64,000 nucleotides of DNA, taken from assembly GCA_035357855.1 (NCBI GenBank), contig DAOPOH010000001.1, forward strand, positions 79,949 to 143,948. The letters run 5' to 3'. This DNA is from Candidatus Cloacimonadota bacterium. Its GTDB lineage: Bacteria; Cloacimonadota; Cloacimonadia; Cloacimonadales; Cloacimonadaceae. Made by a program: the position numbers and the translations under genes. The notes beneath the pieces are model-generated. The model was not told the origin of the DNA and made no database searches. It saw only the letters and a list, made by a program, of their open reading frames with translations. This document shows positions 59,439-64,000 of this stretch, in pieces. The first letter of the stretch is position 1. Every line of letters begins with the position of its first letter.

Positions 59439-60191
59439 CTATTTAAGATTGATGGGGATAGAGAGTAAATCACGAATTACATAAGATGCCGCAAAAAGTC
59501 CCATAACGGCAGGTAAGTAACTGATTGAACCTATTAACTTGCGTTTTCTTCCTCGTTCACAAATAATTTCATCGGCTTCTTCATCTTCATCAAGGTCTGT
59601 CTGAAGAGGCTTTTCAAACGAAAAAACAATGGGTAAATCTTGATAATAACCATGATGATGAAGAGTTTTACGAACGCGTCTTGCCAGAGGACAATTCCAA
59701 GTTTTGGATAGTCCTCCCAATTCCACTTTTTGTGGGTCAAGTCGATTTCCCGCACCCATAACGGAAAGGACAGGTATATTTTGATCAAGGCAATATTCCA
59801 ATAAACCGATTTTCGGACCCAAAGCATCAATGGCATCAATTACATAATCTAAATTATTAAGATAGTCGGAGCGATTATTCTTATCCAAGAAATCAGTTAT
59901 ACATTCTACTTCGGCTTTAGGATTGATAGATTTGATGCGGGCACTCATAACTTCTGTTTTTTGCATTCCAATAGTTTCGTGTAAAGCAATAAGCTGACGA
60001 TTCAGATTAGATAAATTTACTTTATCAAAATCAATCAGCAGAAAATGACTTATACCTGCTCTGGCTAAAGCTTCGGTTGCATAGGAGCCCACTCCTCCCA
60101 ATCCGATTACTGCCACTCTTTTCTGTTGTAAAATTTTTATATTATCTTTCCCTAAGAGCAATTCCGTTCGTTGAAATTGATTATATTTCAT
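59439..60191 (-). CDS. tcdA: tRNA threonylcarbamoyladenosine dehydratase (ThiF/E1-like)
   Basis: The nucleotide-binding loop is VIGLGGVGSYA. It has a ThiF-family core of about 250 aa with a C-terminal membrane-proximal helix, as in TcdA/CsdL. Confidence 0.7.
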   Translation of the reverse strand: MKYNQFQRTELLLGKDNIKILQQKRVAVIGLGGVGSYATEALARAGISHFLLIDFDKVNLSNLNRQLIALHETIGMQKTEVMSARIKSINPKAEVECITDFLDKNNRSDYLNNLDYVIDAIDALGPKIGLLEYCLDQNIPVLSVMGAGNRLDPQKVELGGLSKTWNCPLARRVRKTLHHHGYYQDLPIVFSFEKPLQTDLDEDEEADEIICERGRKRKLIGSISYLPAVMGLFAASYVIRDLLSIPINLK

Positions 60192-60206
60192 ATATGATAG
60201 CAGAGT

Positions 60207-60947
60207 TTATATAAAGTATTGTTTAACATTATTCATTATATCATATTGCAGCGCTTTAGGTTGCAAACCGCTCATTCTACTTACAGACATAGCGTAATAG
60301 CACAAATCCAAAAGAGGATTTTTAACTTTCTCTTTTGAATTCTCACTTTGTTTCAGATTATAGGGTGCATCTGTCTCAATAAGGTAATTGCCGTAATTAA
60401 CTACTGCCCTGACAGTTTCATGTTTCAAACTATCAATCATGACTTTTCCCAAAGAATAAGTTAAGCCGAATTTACCGAACTGAGTCACAATTTCGGATGA
60501 TGATGTAAAACCGTGCCAGATGCCGATAACCGGTTGATCGGTAAGGATTTTGTAAAATACATCCAAATGCCCTACTACATGAAAAACACATGGCAGGTTG
60601 AAACTTCGTGCTATTGCCAATTGTTCTTTTAACAAAGTTATTTGTTGCTCAAGCTTGCTGTTGCGTTTATCCAGTCCGATTTCACCTATGGCAAAAATCC
60701 GTTTTTCTTCAGCTAATCTGTTCAAGTCATCCAAGGTTAGAGTGGTACCTTCTTGGGTAAGGGGATGGATGCCTGCGGAAAATTTTATCAGAGGTGAGTG
60801 ATTAATTTTATGCCAATGCACTTCTTCCCTGCTTAATGCGCAAGACAACCAGCCTTTGATGTCTCGCTTGGAAGCTTCTTCCATAACTGTATTAAGGTCA
60901 ATTAGTTCGCTTAAGCGACTTAAGTGGCAATGTGCGTCAATTAACAT
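60207..60947 (-). CDS. TatD-family hydrolase (second copy)
   Basis: IDAHCHL, GIHP, GEIGLD, FHVV and IETDAPY motifs. Confidence 0.75.
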   Translation of the reverse strand: MLIDAHCHLSRLSELIDLNTVMEEASKRDIKGWLSCALSREEVHWHKINHSPLIKFSAGIHPLTQEGTTLTLDDLNRLAEEKRIFAIGEIGLDKRNSKLEQQITLLKEQLAIARSFNLPCVFHVVGHLDVFYKILTDQPVIGIWHGFTSSSEIVTQFGKFGLTYSLGKVMIDSLKHETVRAVVNYGNYLIETDAPYNLKQSENSKEKVKNPLLDLCYYAMSVSRMSGLQPKALQYDIMNNVKQYFI

Positions 60948-60949
60948 TT

Positions 60950-61999
60950 TTAATTTACTTCCTTGGAAATGAGAGCTTTGATTTCATTGGATGCTCTAAA
61001 ACTGGCTTTCCCGTCCAATTCATCAAAGAAAATAGCATTAGCTACCGTTCTGTATGGTCTTAATTCATCTTTATGCGATAAGGCATAATTCATTTTTTCT
61101 TCCAAATCGGCAAAGCTTTTAACTTTGTAACTGATGGCGTCAATAAGATCTCTAATTTCTTTCAAAGACCGTTTGGCTTGCCCCAGATATAAAGTGATAA
61201 TGGGTTTATCCAAAGCGCAACATTCAGCTAAAATGGAACTGGTGTCTCCGACTGTTATATCTGCCAGCATTATGTAAGGCAATGTGTCATAATCCTTAAT
61301 AAGATAAACATCAGGTGTATTGTTAATCTTATCTTTATATGCTGGTTTTATCCACGAATGTAAAGTGACCATAACATTCCATTTTTCGGTCAGACGATGC
61401 AAATTATTACACCAAAAGCTGATAGCAGACATTCCGGATGAATCATAAGTAGCGGAAAATAAAACTATCGGTTTGCCATTATTAAATCCTAATCTGCTCC
61501 TTAACTCAGCTAAAGCAGCAGCCGTTATTTCTCCATTAAAAGCAGGGTCTAATTTGGGAAAACCTACAGCTTTTGCAGAAATTATACCCATTTCTTTTGC
61601 GGCATTAACATCCATTTTACTTGTCATCAGATAAAGATTAAATTGGTTATAATTTTCGGGAGATGTCATACGCTTGAAATGGTAAGCTCCATGCCTCATT
61701 CCTATCCGGCAGATTTTAGAATAGGGAAATTTGTGCGTAGAGTGCCGAGCCATAATTACGCAACGAGGATAAACGGGCAGAGATTTACATTTTATTCCTT
61801 TTTGCGCAAGATAAGTTTTTACTTTCGGCTTATCGGTTACATAAACAATTTCATCAAGATACTTCGCAACAGGCAAAAAAACATGATAATCAACAGGATC
61901 TCCACAATAAAAAACAACCGGTATCAGCTTTCCGAACAGTTTATAAAGATGCCAGACTAGACTGTAAGGAATTTTGAGCAGATAATTACTAAAAACCAT
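60950..61999 (-). CDS. CDP-glycerol glycerophosphotransferase (TagB/TagF)-like protein
   Basis: IVLFSATYD (analogue of the LYAPTF motif) and ADITVGDTSSILAECCALDKPIITLY (analogue of TDYSS...KP). Confidence 0.55.
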   Translation of the reverse strand: MVFSNYLLKIPYSLVWHLYKLFGKLIPVVFYCGDPVDYHVFLPVAKYLDEIVYVTDKPKVKTYLAQKGIKCKSLPVYPRCVIMARHSTHKFPYSKICRIGMRHGAYHFKRMTSPENYNQFNLYLMTSKMDVNAAKEMGIISAKAVGFPKLDPAFNGEITAAALAELRSRLGFNNGKPIVLFSATYDSSGMSAISFWCNNLHRLTEKWNVMVTLHSWIKPAYKDKINNTPDVYLIKDYDTLPYIMLADITVGDTSSILAECCALDKPIITLYLGQAKRSLKEIRDLIDAISYKVKSFADLEEKMNYALSHKDELRPYRTVANAIFFDELDGKASFRASNEIKALISKEVN

Positions 62000-62046
62000 A
62001 TAAGAAATCTCTTTTCCCGATAAACAGGGAAAAATGAAGACAAGAA

Positions 62047-62820
62047 TTAATTGATAAAAGCTGCTGCATTTTCATATTTTCTTACGAGGAGTTTGCGAGC
62101 TAACTCTAAATCATCTTGAGTGTCAATTTCACACCAGTCACGATTATCTGCAATCAAACCCTGAAAGACATACCCGTGTATCAAAGCTTCTTGAATGACG
62201 ACTTCGTAAAAGGAACGGACATCAGATTTGTGGATATGGTATGCAAGACGCGGCAAAAAAAAGTTGTTTACGAAAGCCGGAGCAAAATTGTAAAAATTAA
62301 CGGTCTTATATGCCTTACTATAGTTGAATTTTTCCGTTTGTTGACTCTTGAGAAATAGCTTCACAACATAATTATTTTTATCCAGAGTAACAACCGACCC
62401 GTTCATAAAATCCTCATAAGGAGCTACTAACATTGCATTCTCATTTTGGCAAGATGAAAGTGCTTCAATTATACTTTCTCGGCAGAAAACATCCGCTTCA
62501 AAAAGAGAAAACCCTTGTTGCATAAAGGACTTTGCCAACCATAAGGAATAAATATTATTTGTAGTCTGATATAATTTATTCTCTACAAAGATAAAGTTAA
62601 TTTCCGGGAATTGCTCATTCAGATGAGCTTTTAGCTTTTCCGCTTTATAACCGACAACAATTACAATTCGGTCATATTGATGAGTAAGTAATAAATGCAC
62701 AAGATTGGAAATGATAGTGCTGTCTTTTATAATTACCATCGGTTTTGGATGTTCCAAACTCATTTCCTTGAGGCGACTTCCTCTTCCTGCTGCAAGAATT
62801 ATAGCTGTGTTATGTTTCAT
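62047..62820 (-). CDS. nucleotidyltransferase, LicC-like (phosphocholine/phosphonate cytidylyltransferase family)
   Basis: AIILAAGRGSRL P-loop, TTNNIYSLWLA and LFEADV motifs as in LicC-type enzymes. Confidence 0.65.
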   Translation of the reverse strand: MKHNTAIILAAGRGSRLKEMSLEHPKPMVIIKDSTIISNLVHLLLTHQYDRIVIVVGYKAEKLKAHLNEQFPEINFIFVENKLYQTTNNIYSLWLAKSFMQQGFSLFEADVFCRESIIEALSSCQNENAMLVAPYEDFMNGSVVTLDKNNYVVKLFLKSQQTEKFNYSKAYKTVNFYNFAPAFVNNFFLPRLAYHIHKSDVRSFYEVVIQEALIHGYVFQGLIADNRDWCEIDTQDDLELARKLLVRKYENAAAFIN

Positions 62821-62826
62821 CAGAAA

Positions 62827-63426
62827 TTAAAGTTCCACTTTTTTGCAGTTGTCATCAGTTCGGAAGTTCCATTCTTTTTTTACGACTTGCCAATCACCGT
62901 AATGATAAGTCAAATATCCTTTGTAATCAGCAGGAACGGAATAAAGCTTACCCATAAATTCATATTGCGTAAGCTGTTCGTAATATTGACGCGGGCATGA
63001 TTTTAAGACGGGATGTTTATCGTCAACAGTCCAATAGTATTCATCATCAATAAGAGTTTTAAGGAAAATATCCATTAAACTGACCCCTTTGAAGAAGAGA
63101 AATTTTCTGGTTTGAATGCGCAGGATTTTCACAGTTCCCTTCTTAAACGGTCCGGTATCTTTTTTGTATCTGTGAATACGAGTGCGATAACCTGCCAGCC
63201 ACATTTTTTTTCTTGCGGAAAGCAGTTTTTTTTCGTAAGGTTGCAGAACCGTAATATCCATATCCGAATCCCACGGAAGTAGACGATTTTCTCTGATAAT
63301 TCCCAATAAAGTTCCCGCTTCCAAAAGATAAGGGATATTTTCTTTTTCTAATATGGAAATTATATCCGCCAACATTTTCAGTGCTTGATCTGCATATTTT
63401 CCAGTAAGCTTAACTTTTCCGCCCAT
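62827..63426 (-). CDS. licD: LicD-family phosphotransferase
   Basis: LEAGTLLGIIRENRLLPWDSDMDI carries the LicD DxD signature. The 199-aa size fits. Confidence 0.7.
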   Translation of the reverse strand: MGGKVKLTGKYADQALKMLADIISILEKENIPYLLEAGTLLGIIRENRLLPWDSDMDITVLQPYEKKLLSARKKMWLAGYRTRIHRYKKDTGPFKKGTVKILRIQTRKFLFFKGVSLMDIFLKTLIDDEYYWTVDDKHPVLKSCPRQYYEQLTQYEFMGKLYSVPADYKGYLTYHYGDWQVVKKEWNFRTDDNCKKVEL

Positions 63427-64000
63427 TATCTTAGGTATCCTTTTCTAAATATGCTGTGATAAATGACTTGAGCTTTTCTAAAGTAATTTTTCGGCTTATG
63501 CGGTTTGGGATAGAGTTTTGGGTCCAAAACCTCCAAGGCGGTTACGATGCGCTCGGAGGTTTTGCCGTCCAAATACGGATTGACTTCTGCCATAATTTTA
63601 TCTCTTCTTTGTTTGAGCCAAAGTGAATATGACAAACACTCATTGATAGCGGGTCTTAACTGCTCCGGCGATGTTATGTTAAAAGCTTTTTCTGCATTCG
63701 CAATCGCTTTGTAAGTAATAACAGGTTTATCCAAAACCATAAATTCATACACTACAGACGAAGTATCTGAAACCAATAGATCTGCTAAATGCAGATAAGG
63801 AGTAATATCTTCTTTTTTCAAGATGCGTATGTTTGGCAAATTGAGTTGCTCATAAGGGCGAATAAGTTCTTGGGGCATCAATTCATGAAATTTCAGCAGC
63901 CAGAATTCGTTGTCCGAAATATATTTTGGCAAGTAAGGAAGTAATTCGGAAGCAGATTCCATGCTTTTACTGAAAGTAGGAGCATAAAGAATAACTGTTT
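63426..64000 (-). CDS. CDP-glycerol glycerophosphotransferase (TagB/TagF)-like protein, N-terminus outside window
   Basis: The frame stays open upstream of the track Met to the window edge and reads ..TVILYAPTFSKS, containing the LYAPTF motif. It also has LVSDTSSVVYEFMVLDKPVITY. Confidence 0.65.
   Translation of the reverse strand, partial: TVILYAPTFSKSMESASELLPYLPKYISDNEFWLLKFHELMPQELIRPYEQLNLPNIRILKKEDITPYLHLADLLVSDTSSVVYEFMVLDKPVITYKAIANAEKAFNITSPEQLRPAINECLSYSLWLKQRRDKIMAEVNPYLDGKTSERIVTALEVLDPKLYPKPHKPKNYFRKAQVIYHSIFRKGYLR

Overview
This is a 64-kb window from a low-GC, tightly packed bacterial chromosome of diderm type: it carries WaaA, LolCDE-like, TamB-like and outer-membrane genes. 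From memory, the Kce ORF (3-keto-5-aminohexanoate cleavage enzyme) closely resembles the characterised Candidatus Cloacimonas acidaminovorans enzyme. Together with the overall gene set, this suggests a Cloacimonadota (FCB-group) amino-acid fermenter; that assignment is inference, not a database result.

Layout:
- 1-1.2 kb: a 5'-partial GcvT-family gene.
- 1.7-33.3 kb: mostly minus-strand housekeeping genes. These are tRNA-Ser, tadA, a TPR protein, a tricorn-like protease, DUF342, pgeF, an MFS transporter, hslVU, the tilS-hpt-ftsH operon, ygiQ and csp. An envelope block follows (recJ, polyprenol kinase, GT2, lolCDE-like, tamB-like, pilin-like, OMP, tatD). ppdK lies on the plus strand within this stretch.
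- 33.3-37.8 kb: the only clearly accessory stretch. It holds an IS3-type transposase relic, four tandem diverging paralogs for secreted FTP/PepSY (protease-propeptide-like) proteins, an orphan basic ORF and tRNA-Asp.
- 37.8-56.2 kb: a long plus-strand run with waaA, an AmmeMemoRadiSam-type radical SAM enzyme, a NusG-II protein, miaB, yicC, rnr, murI, kce, nrdJ, apbE, folE2, an M16 peptidase, an HgdC-type activase and a PHP phosphatase.
- 56.4-64 kb: a uridine-kinase-like protein, yitT, tcdA, a second tatD, and a TagF/LicC/LicD-type glycopolymer cluster that runs off the window.

Non-coding points:
- A palindromic intergenic repeat of about 100 nt is present in three copies, each between convergent genes. 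Two copies share 65 of 73 positions although they lie 57 kb apart.
- A perfect 11-bp tandem repeat, GTTAACCCCCC x3, sits next to a degenerate unit and an inverted unit in a 600-bp ORF-free spacer.

I saw no CRISPR array, rRNA, intact IS element or prophage. All protein calls rest on motif recognition by eye, with no searches run.
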